A stretch of 64,000 bases of DNA, from contig ADNK01001577.1 of the NCBI GenBank assembly GCA_000320545.1, positions 1 to 64,000 on the forward strand, given 5' to 3'. Made by a program: the position numbers and the translations under genes. This stretch comes from Bigelowiella natans CCMP2755. Its lineage: Eukaryota > Protista > Cercozoa. Shown one piece after another: positions 1-14,598 of this stretch; position 1 is the stretch's first letter; every line of letters begins with the position of its first letter. Under the pieces are notes generated by a model. The model saw only the letters and a list, made by a program, of their open reading frames with translations, was not told where the DNA came from and searched no databases.

Positions 1-176
1 CGCGTGCGTGCGCACATGCATACATATAGAGACATATATAGAGACAGACACACACACTCATATCACTTCTCTCTCTCGCGCTCTCTCGCGCGCGCGCGTG
101 CGAGCGGACATTCTTCGTGCGCGCACGTGCGCCCGCATACACGCTATCGCGCGCGCGCTACAGAACGACAGACAAT

Positions 177-302
<126 letters not shown>

Positions 303-559
303 ACTGCCATCATCGTTCGATGTTACTTGCAGCGATTTTTTAGCTTGCTATTTATCAACCGCTCTTTTGGGGCTCTTTGTGCACATGTTGTGTCTTCATC
401 GTTGACTCGGCATTGTTTGCGCTGGAAAATTAGACAAAGAAAGCTGCGTTTCTGACACCGTGTACCATTGTCGAAAGACGCTGCTTCGAGTGGAAAAGTA
501 GATGCGCACGCTTGAGTAGTTTCGCGATTCTCTTCGGTTGATCTTGTACATGATGGGGT

Positions 560-808
560 GTTTAGGTTCATCAGTAGCCTAGTCCAAGAGAGCAATGGCC
601 GTTCTTCCTCTTCGTCGTCATCCTCGTCTTCTAGTGTGCATCGAGCCTACACCAAGGAGGAAATGCTACAGGAGCTACGAAACCACCTCTCCGATCTCGA
701 TTTCTGTGTACGCTTTTGATAACGTGACAAAGCTGAACTTGTATATTTTTGCTTCTCTGCATGAGTGCTTCTCTGCATGATTATGTATGGATGTGTGTGT
801 GTGTGTGC

Positions 809-845
<37 letters not shown>

Positions 846-2396
846 TGTGTTCGCATAGAGCACTTCGATTTATTTATATTGGACGGAGAGCGATGTTTTG
901 TTATCATCGGCAATTCGTGCATCGTCTGGGTTGCAATGGACAAACAACTCTTTGAAAGAAGCTTTAGACTAAGTTCCCTCAATATCGCCCTCCCCTGCTA
1001 ACACGGCATTAATACAGGTCCAAAGCCTCTCGCTTTCTCTGCACATTATATCTTCCACACAGCAGCAGCATCAGCAGCAGCATCAGCTCAACAAGCCGTT
1101 GTCATCTCCACGCGGTTCAGTATCTGTATCTCCTTCGTGCCTCCTAAAGGCATCTTCAAGGGTGGTGGAAATGCACACAACAGGTTGTTCCCACTTACTC
1201 TTTGCCCTTGATCCTCTGTCAATACCGCCCAAAAATGCGAAATGACTTCGCGCATGATGCATCGTAACCCATCTGTTAAATGATATCGTAGTGTTTCTCC
1301 ACCATCTGAAGTATATCTTCATTAACTTGCGAACGATCGATCATTAGGCGGCGACGTTGCGACAGCGTCCGGAGTGCTGTATCGTCGGACCCCAGCTTCG
1401 CATGTTTCCCCGGTGAATCGTTGCCCTAACCCAGCGACGGGGCAGCCTGCGCCGACTATGAGAGGAGGGGGGTGGATGGTGTACATGCAATGGGCGAAAT
1501 GGAGCGTTCATCATGAGCTCAAGACACACAAGTAAGAGTTGCAATAGTAGTAGTAGTAGTAGTAGTAGTATTAGCATTAATGCTATCACAGCGATTTGGC
1601 AATGCTTTACTCGGCGAGCAAGCTAGTATATGGACGCATCGATGCCGATTATATATGAATGCCATAGTATGATTGGGGGTTTGACACTAGTATAGTAGCG
1701 CAAATATTCTCCATACAAACAATAACTAGTGTCATCATCATTACCATCTTCAGCAATAATCATCATTCTCATTATCATTATCATCCTATTCACTTTCCAC
1801 GTTTTATTTTTATAGCCTTTGCATGTAGATATGTGCTACTCCGCCTAATTCCCCCCCCCCCTCCCTCTTCTCCCTCTCCTCCCTCTTCTTCACCAATCAG
1901 GTACTCCCTCGTGATCCAAGATCTACATCCAATCCAACCCTCTCCTTCGCGAGTAGCATCGTCGTCATCGTCCTCGACGCCGTTGCTGCGCACTCACACC
2001 TACAACACAAACGCATCCAGAACTAACAGACAAGTCAGCAGCAGCCGCCACCATCGCGGAGACGCAAGCGACGAGGAAGATGATGCTACGTCCAGCTTCG
2101 TCAACTATATACCAACCTCATCAGGAAAGTCCTCGGTCAATCACAGAGACGGCAGCATCCTTGGAGCTGTATCGCGGCGATTTTCTGCCGACTCTCCGGG
2201 AAGCTCTTCATCCTCCTCCTCCCCCTCCTCTTCGCTGGTGTTTGAGCTAGAAACCAGTCTACGTTTTAGGTGGGTGAGAGAGAGAGAGAGAGAGAGAGAG
2301 TGTGTGTGTGTGTGTGTGTGTGTGTTTGTGTGTGTGTTCGAAATTACTATTTTTAGATATGTCGTAGCATTGATTTAAAGTTACCCGTGTCTGGTG

Positions 2397-2436
<40 letters not shown>

Positions 2437-3444
2437 TCTTTGTGTGTATATGTGTGTGTTTGTGTGTGTATGTGTTTGTGTGCATAAAAAGGCTGATAGC
2501 CCCAGGTGATTTAAAGGATTCTCAAAATGCGTCGTCGTCATCATCATCATCATCATCATCCGGCGAGAGAAAAGGGCAGGGGCATTACCACAACGATGAC
2601 AACGGTGCGGAGGCTAAAGAGCGTGGATTTGTTAATGTAAGTACAGCGACTCTGCAAGGACGTCACAAGCATCAACATGGTGACAAGAGAGGCCATTCAG
2701 ACAACAATGGCGATTCCAACAGTAAATCCTCCCACATGGCCTTCTCCTCGTCATCAGCAGTAGCAGAGTCCCCAGCAGCAGCAGCATCATCATCATCGTC
2801 GTCGTCATCATCATCATCGTTCCTCCGCGCAAAACGAAGTGGAATCGCTAAAATCATCAAGCCTCTCGAGCATGCAGAAGGTTTTATCTGGGAAAAGAAG
2901 GTAAGCGATGCGGTGGTGGTGGTGGGTGGTAGTAGTAGTAGAGGCAGGGAGGGGGAGGAGGAGGAGGAGGAGAGGGCCTAGGGTAATGGCGTGAGAATGA
3001 CGATAGAGATCACATCGTACCACATAAATCCATGCCTCCTAAGGGTTGGTGTGTGTGTGTTTGCATGAGTGTGTATGGTTTTGTTTGTGTGTGTGTGTGC
3101 GTGTGTGTGTGTGTGTTGTGCGAGAGGCTTGGATTTAGAGTAGGTTTATTCCTCGCTATCATGGCATTTGACAGTGTCGGTCATCATATGTTCCAAAGGT
3201 TGCGAACGTGGTACAGTACGAGTACGCGTTTCTCCTGGATACTGCTGCTTCCACGGGACTCGAAACAGCGTTAGATTCGAGGGGGGGGGTGAGCGGCAGA
3301 GGCCTCCCAAACGAGCGATTAGCAGGTTAATGATGGTGTGAGACGATGCTCACAATCTTTACCGTTGCTTGTTCTTACCACCCCCTTGTTTCGAGCTTGT
3401 GCTCACTTCAAAGTCGTTGGATGTGAATGCCGCGTAAATGCGTA

Positions 3445-3481
<37 letters not shown>

Positions 3482-4223
3482 CTGTACTATAAATACGTTG
3501 ATGTGTGTTTAAGTCAGCACCACATCGAGTTGAATAGTTTGTCTAGATGTGCATAAACATGACAACAAACACGAAACGGACGCCACTTCGTTTGCTTCGT
3601 TCTTCAGACGGCAATAGTTCTTCATCAACCTCCACGTCGGCATCGAAAACGGCAAAATCGAGGTCATCACCTGTGTGAGTAAGATTGCCCTTCTAAGAGA
3701 TGATGCTGCTGCTCATGATTTCTGCATGAAGGGGTGAAGGAGAGGGGGGGGGGGGGGAGAACGGAGCAGCAAGAGATCTCTTAGGGAAACAGCAAGTATT
3801 AAATTTTATAGCTGATTCATCTGAAGTTTACAATCCCCTCCCACCCCCTCCCTCGTCTATCCTTTGCCTTATCCTCTTCCTAGGTTTCGGATCCCTCAAA
3901 ACACCAGACAAGGGAGAGGGGGCGGAGATGGGCTTGCAGTAACGACGCTATTATACATAGCACGGTTGTGCATATATGAGGTACATTTTCACTTCTAAAT
4001 ACAAATCCCTCGCATTCTTCCCAGTAGCCAGCATGAAAGCAGCTGACAGGTTATTATTGATTGTATATATGGCAGAACTTCGCTGGGAAATTTATCACCG
4101 GCAGCGAAGCGACCAAGGGCATTGCCTCTCGCCTTCAAAGCATGGGAGAGGGCTGTCGTGAGCCAAGAGCACAATCGCATTCATCAAACCAATCGCCTAT
4201 GGCGTCGAGAACTGGCGGATTAG
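560..4223 (+). CDS. 3' part of a multi-exon hypothetical Ser-rich protein (5' end probably outside the window; boundaries uncertain)
   Basis: Exon-like blocks bounded by AG/GT inside ORFs 1833..2378 (RYSLVIQDLHP...SLVFELETSLRFR) and 2394..2981 (LIAPGDLKDSQ...EHAEGFIWEKK|gtaag). A probable last exon reads TSLGNLSPAAKRPRALP...WRRELAD* to ~4223. No recognisable domain. Confidence 0.4.
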
Positions 4224-5329
4224 ACCCTCTACATACGTATGTGGAGACATGCTGTCGATCGTAGTATTCACTGATGATTCTGATGCATTTTATAAAGAAA
4301 ATCTGTTATTTTCCGATGAACAATTCCCCACGACGAGAAGACTACCATATCAGCAGAGTCGTTAGCGCAATCGATTGCTTTCAAAAAATGCCATTTTTGG
4401 ATATCAGGTACGCGTCCGATGAGGAGTTGACGTTTCTTCTCAAATCCGGGTGAATGAATCGGGGGATTGTGTAAATGTGTGGGTTCAAAGGGTTATCTAT
4501 CACTGGAGCATGATGAGTAGTGAAGAAGAGGGGAAATACTACGACTTCTTTTTGTTTTTGTGAATTACGTGCGGGGTTTTTCGATGCGTTTATTTTTCAA
4601 AATTGTTTGTACGGGGTGAGCGTAGAAGGGGGAGGGGGAGAAGGAAGGCCTGTGGCACACAGAAAGAACTACAAGACAGTGATAAACATTAAAAAAATAA
4701 AGCACAAAATTGTTTAGATTGTGTTCCGAGGAATGTGTCGAATCTTCGACTTAAGAAGTCGTATTAATGCGCATGGGGAAAGAATTAAGATGCAATTAAT
4801 TTCTGCTGCGGGGCTTTCGATATTAGAGATAATATTGATATGGATTTTTGGTACATAATCTTCCAGGGTAATACCGGCAGCCAATTGAAGATATTTTCTT
4901 TCGAGTCTGTACAGGCACGTGCGATGCTGAGCGCATGTTTGTATCTGTATCTGCACGCAACATGTCAATCGAACTATAGCAAGGATGCACGTACTATTGT
5001 TGTTTGTGCCCTTTGTGTCGACTAGTCGAGTCGGCAGAGATGCAAGTGAGTAGCATCACAGCATTTGCTTTGGAGCCACGCAGCACGCTTGTGACACTCT
5101 TTGCATCGTTCGACTGTGCAAATGATTGCAAGGCTGCATCTTGCTAGCTTGATGCCTTGATGTTTGATAGTCACAAATTGACTACCCTGGTACCGTTTGA
5201 AGTCTTCATTTTCTGTCATATGCTAGCATGCTAGATAGCTATCTGGCTAACTTTAGCTAGCTAGCTAGAATTATTAGATCCACACATCTCAGTTCGTCCG
5301 AAAATCTGAGATGTTCGTTCAGTCGTTCA

Positions 5330-5973
5330 ATGAACATTGAACAATGTATGAATGAAGCATCGATGCAAATCTGCATGCGTCAGAACCCCATGTTACATGC
5401 ATGCGCCATTATCGCCTCAACAAAAATCATTGCGAGGACTAGAGGACTCGTTCGCTGACCCATCTAGCCATCTAGCTAGCTAGCCACATCAACACGCAGC
5501 TGGTAGCTCTAGAGCTAGTTGGCCATTCAGCCATCGCTGGCCCATGCTAGCTAGCTAGCATGCTGTCATCCCCTTTTGTGATCTTCTTCTTCATCAGACG
5601 AAACGTGCTAGCGTGGGAAGCCCCTTGCTAGCTTGCCAGCTAGCCAGCTTGAGCTTGCAGTTTTTTGCAATGCTCAGCTGCTTGCATTTCTTCTGCGTCT
5701 GTTCGCACGCAGTTAGTGATGTGCATTGAATTTTGAACGTTGGGTGATTCAGAATAATTCAGAATTCAGTGTGAACAGCTGTTTCCGAATCCAGAAGTGC
5801 TTTTGCCTCGGCTTCTTCGTCACTTTTCTTCTCAGCTGTCTGGCTAGCTAGCTAGCTAGCTGTTGCAGCATTTTTCTCACTCGAAGGTGTGGCATGCATG
5901 GCTGTGGATGAACAATGAACAATGAACAATGAATGAAGCATCGATGCAAATCCACATGCGCCAGAACCACATG
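5330..5973. repeat. Imperfect ~60-bp direct repeat pair (5330-5392 and ~5915-5973) bracketing a CTAG-rich tract
   Basis: Both copies contain atgaatgaagcatcgatgcaaatc..catgcg.cagaacc.catg preceded by tgaaca(a/t)tgaacaatg. Confidence 0.8.
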
Positions 5974-6296
5974 GGAGACGGGCGTGTGCATGCAGCAGCG
6001 GCCACAGACGACCCGAATTGCCGGCGCGCTCGCAGGTTGTGATCTCTGACCAAACTCTTAGGATCTCCAAGTCTCTCTCTAGATTCATTCCAAACTTATC
6101 CCCGGTAGTGACGGTAACGGCTGATTACACATGTTAGTTGTCTCAACGCCCACATCATGTGTCACACTACACGTTACGCATTCGTCACAGCGCTGCATCT
6201 CACCAAAATCGGTAGTCTAGTCAGGCTACCTATTTGCGTGCGCCCCCCCCCCCTCCTCTTTCCACAACAGAGCAGGACAGTTGCTCCTTCGCGAGA

Positions 6297-7174
6297 ATGA
6301 CGATCATACAGGCTGTCCTTGCGCTTCTTGCCCTTGCTATTGAGAAAGCCGAAGCAGGTTCGGGGGGGAATATCTCCCGATGATTTGACCATTCTCACAG
6401 TCCATTCAGTCTTTCTCATCACCTGCTATTGATTTGCTTCAGTCAACACGTCGTATAGGATTTCATACCTTGCTAACAGGGTGTATGTGCCGGGGTGATT
6501 TATTTTTCCAAAATATTCCTCCTTGGAATGTGCTCTCGAGCAGTGTTATCTTAGATGTGGATCATGCGAACAGGGTCCAGGCAGCAAAGTTCGCAGAGTG
6601 GTGGATAAACAACAACATGTAATCAATAAATTTCCTCCTTCCTTAATATCATATGAATATTACGATGAAAATGCTCTAGGTATCCCAGAGAGAAGTATGG
6701 AATAAACACTTACCCGACTCTCTTCTCAAATGACTCGATGGAGCTTACAGCCAACGTACATGCCTCATACTTATACGGGCTTATTTAAAAGGAAAAGTTT
6801 CCAATCGTCGGACAATTATTACTCTATTTGTTTGTGAATACTGCAGCTTCTTCGACTCATCATTCTGTCTTCTCAACTCTCACAGTCTCTGTCACCTCTG
6901 CTGCTAACATAGGCCCCTTTTGGAGGGTCCGAACTTTACATTCCAGGATTCCCGGTCATTACGCCTAAGGACTATTTTGATGCTACAGAAGCGGAGCTTT
7001 TAGCCGGGACTAATGCCGTGGTGGGGGGTATGTATATGTCACATCACAACTCCTCCATGTTAAACCTACACCGTTAATTTATTAGCATTCTTCTCCGATG
7101 AGATCGACGCTATGAAGGCTTTACTTAGCTCCCGTCAAACACTGCAAACAACCTGGTGCTAAAGGATAAGATTA

Positions 7175-7223
<49 letters not shown>

Positions 7224-9043
7224 TCTCCGGATTGATATTGGCGATAAACTGTTTCTTTCATGATTCCTAGGAGCCAAAACTCAAAGTTCAGCCGAAAAGC
7301 AAATGTATTACACCCTAGCTCTACACGCGACATAGAAAAACAGTCCCACGCCAATCCTAGCTGTTTGGAATAAACAACGAAACCGATATGATCTTCATCA
7401 TCGCTGCCACTCTTGTAACATTTGTTTGCCCTCCACCCCCAGCGTGATACTACACTCTATAGAATACTGCCTAACACGGCGAGGGTAGCAGAGGTCGGCG
7501 AATTTTTACTCTCTAACTGATGATCACAAGATCGATGCTCTTAATATAAATCATTCTCGCAGTATATGGTCAATTACATCCGTCGTGGGCTCGGTTTAAC
7601 TCACTGCTCGTTGGTTGTTGATCTGGATGATGGTACTGCGAACAAGAAGAACAAGACGAGGAAGACCCTTCTCCCTTAATTAATAATTATGTGATAGAGT
7701 TGGGGGCATTCTTCGCGATTTTACTTATTTCTATCTTACATTAGATTTCATATTAAGTTCCCCATTCCTCTCGCCTTGCTATTCCTTAGCGTCGGAGGCT
7801 GCATATTTTATCGATTCCTTTGTTTTGGAGGTGCCTGCTCCATATAGTTGACGTAGAAAGATACCCTGCAAACGAGAGCTCTTGATAATAAAACCACCAG
7901 CCAATTTTTTCCACTGCGATGTGCCTTGAGACTGAACACGTAAGGGGGGGGAAATGAGTAATGCATCAAAAACAAACTCAGGCTAGAAGGGAAAATCTGA
8001 CACTTGTACGAGTCGGCACGTTCCAGGTCACACACAAAAACCTTACCGGTCTTAGCTCAGTACAGGCAGATATTCTACTTAACAGCATCAAGGTAGTTGC
8101 GCACTACGATATGCGGCCAATGTGATAACTCTTGCTAACGTACTGGTCATTGACTTGGCTTTTACTACTATTTGAATACTTTTAAAGCTCTAAAGAACAT
8201 CACAATCATTGCACTCTCAGAGAAGTGGTTTCTACGGCATCGCTCTCATGTCCTATACAGACCTCAACGCGCTCGGCGTAATTTCTAAAACATTTAAAGT
8301 TTTTTCACGCCTCCGCCCTCTCCGCCTCTTCCAATAAAAACCGATTGTAATATTTTGCTACCTTTTGTATCGTATGGCCAGCTGATGAAAGAGGCAGCGA
8401 AGTTCGGTCTCACCTCCGGAGATTATCAATGGATTGGAACAACGTGGACGCTGCTTGCAAACAGGCATTTCTACAAGAATGACCCTTTCTGTGTGGATAT
8501 CATCGACGGTCGTATACATCTTTGCTTTCTTGATTTTTCCCATACAACTCCCCGCGTGGAGTGGATGGGGAGAAATATATGCGAAAGTGGTTGTCTCTGC
8601 CAGGTGTTGTGGGGCTAGTATCATTTCGCTCGCAAGCTCCAGTAGATCCATGTTACGAGCTCGGCTTGGAATTCATCCGAAACTCTACGATGGTGAAGGA
8701 CCGCTTTGTTTCTCACGCTCGTACGCCGTTGCATCAATTCTGAGCGGATGTTTTCTTATCCACATCGCCCCTGTCGTAGGAATCTGACCAGAGCCGAAAA
8801 GCCTATTTGGAGACGACTGGAGATAAGCTTCGGTCTTGTGATATGTGATTCAAGCACGGTTTCGTCTTGTCAATACAATGCCTGACAGCACCATTAATGC
8901 TTTCGATACATCGATGGGGGATTGATGATGTTTGTGGAACTCGTAACCTCTTGCCCATCATAACCCCCCAAACACTTGAACAGAAACGCTGACAGTATCC
9001 GCTGTCTCTACCAACTTTGGGAAGTGAGCTATAGTGAGGTATA

Positions 9044-9092
<49 letters not shown>

Positions 9093-9094
9093 GA

Positions 9095-9134
<40 letters not shown>

Positions 9135-9447
9135 ACGTTTGTATACCACAGGGTTTCAATCAAGAAATTAACAAACGCATCTCCAAGCTCACCATTCTGT
9201 AAACAGTTTGGATTTGGTATTGCTCCTCCTCCTTCCGGCTATTCGAAAGGTATGGTTCGCACTCGATTTCTCGGTGTCAAATACTTCAATACAGTGAAGT
9301 TGCGTTGTCATTATTTATTATTGCACATATCACACAGTCATTCAGCTGGCCTTTGAAGCAACCTTTGCTGCTGCTCATGCAGTCTCGTCAGTAACTCCAT
9401 CACCCCCCCTCCCCTTATCTGGAACAATATCAACAGCTCGCGTGATA

Positions 9448-9492
<45 letters not shown>

Positions 9493-9795
9493 ATACATGT
9501 TTTTCGCAATAAAGTGTGATGGCAGATGCGGTGGATGAATGTAATCGAACATCGGATACGATTCCTAGCCCTGCTCTCTGCTCGCAGCTGATGACGCTAC
9601 CAGGACGTAAGTAGCTCTTGCTTCTGTGCTCTCCCTTGACCCTGAAAACATGGTTTTCTCATGCGAAACGTTCAGGCCGGAAGTACGTGCTCACAGCGTA
9701 CAATACGACCGGATATACTGGGATGATGGGCTATATGAAGCCAAACGGATATGAGAATGAAAGGGATTATGATGTGATAAATCTCAGATCGGTAC

Positions 9796-9838
<43 letters not shown>

Positions 9839-12800
9839 GAAATATCATACTATGTCACACACACACGCATGCATATAGGCTGCAATTTTCGCTCTGATTT
9901 TGGATACAAATTTTGTAGCGTTGCGTAGATATGTCAAACAGTAAGTGACGATAGAGCTATAGATAGAAGATCCATGTTTACCATGACGTTCGAAGTTGAT
10001 AGAATCCCGATGATATTGCCCACACGTTTTCTTGTCCCAGGAGTACTTACGAGAAGCGGCAAATGGCGAAAGGTTACGGAAAGTGGTTGGTGTTATCGCC
10101 AAAAACTCGAAGGTCAGTGCTGGCTCTTTTTACCTACAACTCAAGTCGTTCCTTCACATAGCGATAGATTTTGCGTATTTGGGAACGTGAGCTGTATCTT
10201 GGTTCTTCTTCTCCACGAGCTACTATGATCTACTTAGCCTCGTCGTTTTGAACATGGCAGATATTTACCCCGACTGGAGTGACGTATTTTCGCGGAGGGT
10301 CAACCAGCCCTCCAAAGAATAGTGTTCCCAGACCCAAGGAGGTGCGAGATTACTCTTGAGGCTACCTTATTTCTCTCCGCTTGCATCCATACTTGCGAAT
10401 TACTGAAACTGATGATCCCAAAGGAATAGCTTTCCAACGGGCTTTGAATTTGGTTCTTGCGCATGCAGATTTGCATCATTGCTTCGTTCATTGTCCATTG
10501 TCCATTGCTCGAAACGACCACCTTCTATATTTTCAGTCATGTCTCACACTAAGAAAAACCATCGTCCTTTCTTGCATAAACACAACAGCCTTTCATTTGC
10601 TCAGCGATAATTCAGAATATTACACCCTTCATTTCTTCATTTCACAGGATAAGCAGCGACTGGGTCGGATGTCGTACGTCGGGATAACAGCTTTCGTGCT
10701 CTTTGTTATCACCGACCTCTGCTTCTTCGCATGGACGTTCATTAACCAAGAGCTCCCAGTGATAAAAGCTTCTCAACCTCTGTTCCTTTTTCAGGTAGCC
10801 AACTAGTCGATCGCCCTCTCGATGAAAATCACGACGCCTGCAAATCCATGAGCCCTCAGATACAACTGCTAGTGTAAAGAGAACTTCTAAACTGATGTTG
10901 CTCTGCAGGTGCTGGTTGGGAGCCTTTTGTCATCAGCTGTCATTCCATTGGCGGGGTTGGACGACGCTGGTAGTAGCGCGACACATCGATAATCCAATAA
11001 CACGATGATTCGATTCTCCCCTTTCCCGCAGTCATACTCACATTCTGTAATAGAATAATTTTCCAATTGAACACAGGACATAGCGATCGTGAGTTAAAGT
11101 CCGCATGCACGGCGTCACTGTGGCTCTATGGTATTGGGTTCGCAGTAACCTTGACCGCCCTAACGATAAAGCTTTGGAAAGCTAAAGAGACGATTCTGAA
11201 GACTGTGATGACGCTTCATGTCGGTTTTGCGGCTGTCTAGTTTTCGTTGGTGTGGTGATATTACGTTCATTCTTGCAGTGAGAATTCCAAGATTCAGCAT
11301 GAGGACTCGGTGAAAGAAGCTTTTGTACTTTTGCGTGCTGCTGTTTCACAGGCCGTTGTCATCCCAAACTGGCAAATCATGCTGATGATGCTCGGTATGC
11401 ACTGTCCGCTTCTGACTGGGCGCGCATGCATTAATCCCGTGGTCTATCTACGTGCTCTCACACTTGTGTTTGGCCAGCGGGGATAACCATCGAAGTCCTG
11501 ATCATTGGAATTTGGAACTCGTTCAATGGGATTTTTTGGACGCGGAGGTGTGTTGAGAGGGATATATTCGGAAACTGCACGAAGTCAAGAGGTTGTCACT
11601 GTCAGCAGCCTGTTGGCGCTATGCTCTCCACATTTCGTCTGGAAGGACATCTATCTAATTTTGACTAATTAGCCTTAAACACGCTTCTAAGTACTAAATG
11701 CCACTCGAAAAAGAACATGGTGGTTGTCATAAAGCTATGCGCCCCATTCTACAAAGGGAAAATTTTGCTTTGCGGTTCGATCGCGCAGAGAGAAGATCTT
11801 ATTAATACGCTTTTTGTGTGCTCGCCAAAAGGTTTCTGCAATGCGAACAACCCTTGGCAGATAATCGGCCCTTTGATTGGAATCCATGGGGGGGGGATGA
11901 TCTATGCTCTGGTTAACCACTCTCTCTTATCTTCACCAAATTTTGCACAGTCAATACGCATCAGTCTCTTACAATGCAAGCATCATTAAGATCGCTTTGT
12001 TCGCATATCTCCTCGGCAGTACATCTGTTGGCAATGCCGCGTCCTACCGGAGGAATTCGCGGAAGTTCGGGTACTTCACTAACGTTTCAAAAGAAAGAAG
12101 ATAAATATGGAAATGGGAGGAATACTTCCATTGATGCCGACGCCGCCCGCTGACAGTCGCAATGTTCCTGTTTCTTACATATGTTTTCCCTGCTCTTTCT
12201 CTGCAATCATACCAAACGCAGTGGATAACAACAGCAATCTTTTCAAATCTACAAATCTTTGGTCTAGGCACTGTGTTGCTCGGTAAGATAGTTTCTCCGT
12301 TACCATCATAGGAGAGAATCTCTGCCGCCAACCCTAAATTTGTTGTACATGATTTCTTCATCAGTCCTCGTTGCGGAAGATCCAGTGACTTCGTACATCC
12401 TGAAAGTGTTCTTCATCTTGCTCAACGAATGTAAACAACCTCTTGTCTCTCCCGTGGTTTTTCTGTTTTTCTGGGCACCATGAGCGAGCCAAAGCGGCCC
12501 TTGTGCTCTTGTATATCTTGTTGGATTAGTCTCGGTCATTGGTGCGCTATTTCTACCGAAAATCGTTGCGCATTACTGGAAAGTGCACGCTAATGACAGG
12601 TAGCAAACTATGAATTAAACGAAACAACGTCTTAGCGTATATTGCCATGGTCTTCTTGGGAAACTTAACTAGGAGCTTTGCTACTCTGAGTCGATATTTC
12701 ACCTGACAATTAATGCCAAGAGCCATTTCGAGCAATGTTGCCGTTTTCATTCATATGCATTAAAGGAGAAATTCAATGCATCGTAACAACAGTCACCATC

Positions 12801-13354
12801 AATAAAACACATAGGACGAAGGCAGTACTGGCCAAAATCCAAGCTAGTATTAGATCGAAAAATGTGGATTGTCTGGAGGGAAAAAGGTGAGACAAACCAC
12901 GAAGAAATGGTTGATTTCATGAAAGATGCGTCCCATAGCTCGCACCTACCGCTTCTGACTCAACCCACTTTTTTCCAGGCAATCCAGAAAACGCAACGCT
13001 AATCGCTCTGTAGCCGTAAACTCAAATAACGGGAGGAGACTAACAATAACAAGGAGCGTGGGGTTAAAATCGAGCGACTCAACCTGCCATTCCCCAGCAG
13101 GCAACAAGATGCAGGATGTTGTGGATATAAAGACAGAGGCGAGAAAAGTTAACCTCAAGAAATCACCTAGTAAAGATATCGAAATGCTTCATCTTAACAG
13201 CACCTCAAATCCCACCCGTATGAGGAAGTCAGATCTGAACTCAGAGAGAGGAATCTGCTTTTCGGGCAACACAATCGCTAACAGAAACGTGCACACGTCC
13301 TCTCAGGACTCCTCAAAGGTCAACTTTCTCTCCACCCGCCATGCTGTGGTTTGA
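6297..13354 (+). CDS. Class C (family 3, GABA-B/mGluR-like) GPCR: signal peptide, Venus flytrap/ANF-receptor domain, 7TM; many small exons
   Basis: Signal peptide MTIIQAVLALLALAIEKAEA at 6297. Spliced VFT motifs: AAKFAEWWINNN, NAVVG-AFFS, TLYRILPNTARVAE, MKEAAKFGLTSGDYQWIG, YTGMMGYMKPNGYENERDYDVIN. 7TM hallmarks: PVIKASQPLFL, FCNANNPWQIIGPL. Low-complexity tail ends RHAVV* at 13354. Confidence 0.85.
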
Positions 13355-14598
13355 AGTCGCTAGGCTACATTCTGACACATCTACATGTAAACAATGTAAT
13401 ACGGGTCTCTGTTTTGAAAATCCAATTGTGACTTCGTCTTCTGTTGAACTCGTGTGAGATTGGAGAGCGTAAGTATAGCTTGTGCGCCACAACACAAATG
13501 TATGAGAGTAGTAGATAGGTTCTATGGCTGTGCCTCTACTGCTCCCTATCATGTTCGTCACGAGGGAGTCGCCAATAGCGATATTAGCTTTCTAGCAAGC
13601 TTTGCGCGTGTGCGCGTGTTAGGCATCCTAGATCAAATAGATTATTATGACTAATGTTTTAATTCTTAAATCTCCGCACCTCGCTTCGTTTGCTAGCATT
13701 GTGCGTCCGCTCAGCACCGTTACAGGGGGCGGAGAAAATTAGAGATACAATTGTGTCTTCGGTACCGCTGACATTGGTAGACACGCATGATGGAGTCATG
13801 CTAGTTATGCCATCGTGTTATTCGTCAGATAACAACGCAAAAAATTATCTGAATGTGTATGCACACACTAGCACGCTTGATTGCTGCCTGCAGATAGCTA
13901 GATAGCCCCCGTTAGCTGTGGTCGGTTATGCGCAAAAGTCAAAAGACCCGCTTGCGAGCGGCAATGTCCCCTCAGGAGCCTGATTTGGCATGCATGCTTG
14001 AGCTTACAATCTGTTTTCGTCATCAGGGTTTATGTTTTAGTGTTGTTGAAGAAGAGCTTTGTTTACATTAACGTGCATTTACAAGCATTCGCTAGCACCG
14101 CATCTGTAAGCTAATTACACTAGCCCGCATGATAGACATGCAATACACAATATATATAATATATATAGTGTAATATATATAGTGTATTGCTGTGTCTATT
14201 ATCCGCACAAATGATGCAGGTAGCGAACAGATTGGCGCAGTGGCAGCACCTACACGATGCATGCAGCAAAAGACCAAACCACGGCACATTATACAGGCTA
14301 GCACACAAAGACACGAATGTATGGCTATGAAGCTACATTGGCGTTCTGAATCATCATCATGAGCGCACATCTAGCCATTTTTACAGAAATGTGAGACGGG
14401 GGTAATGATGAATAAATTAATCATACTTGTTCAATGGTCACAGATATGTATTCCCATGAACATGTCGGCAGCTTAGCCATGCGTGCATATGAAAGCACAT
14501 GGCTCCGATAACAACAGAACTTGCAGCGTGCACGTTTACTTTGTTAGCACAAGCACGTGCAACACGGCTCCTAATAACGGCGTTGAAAGCTATTCTTC

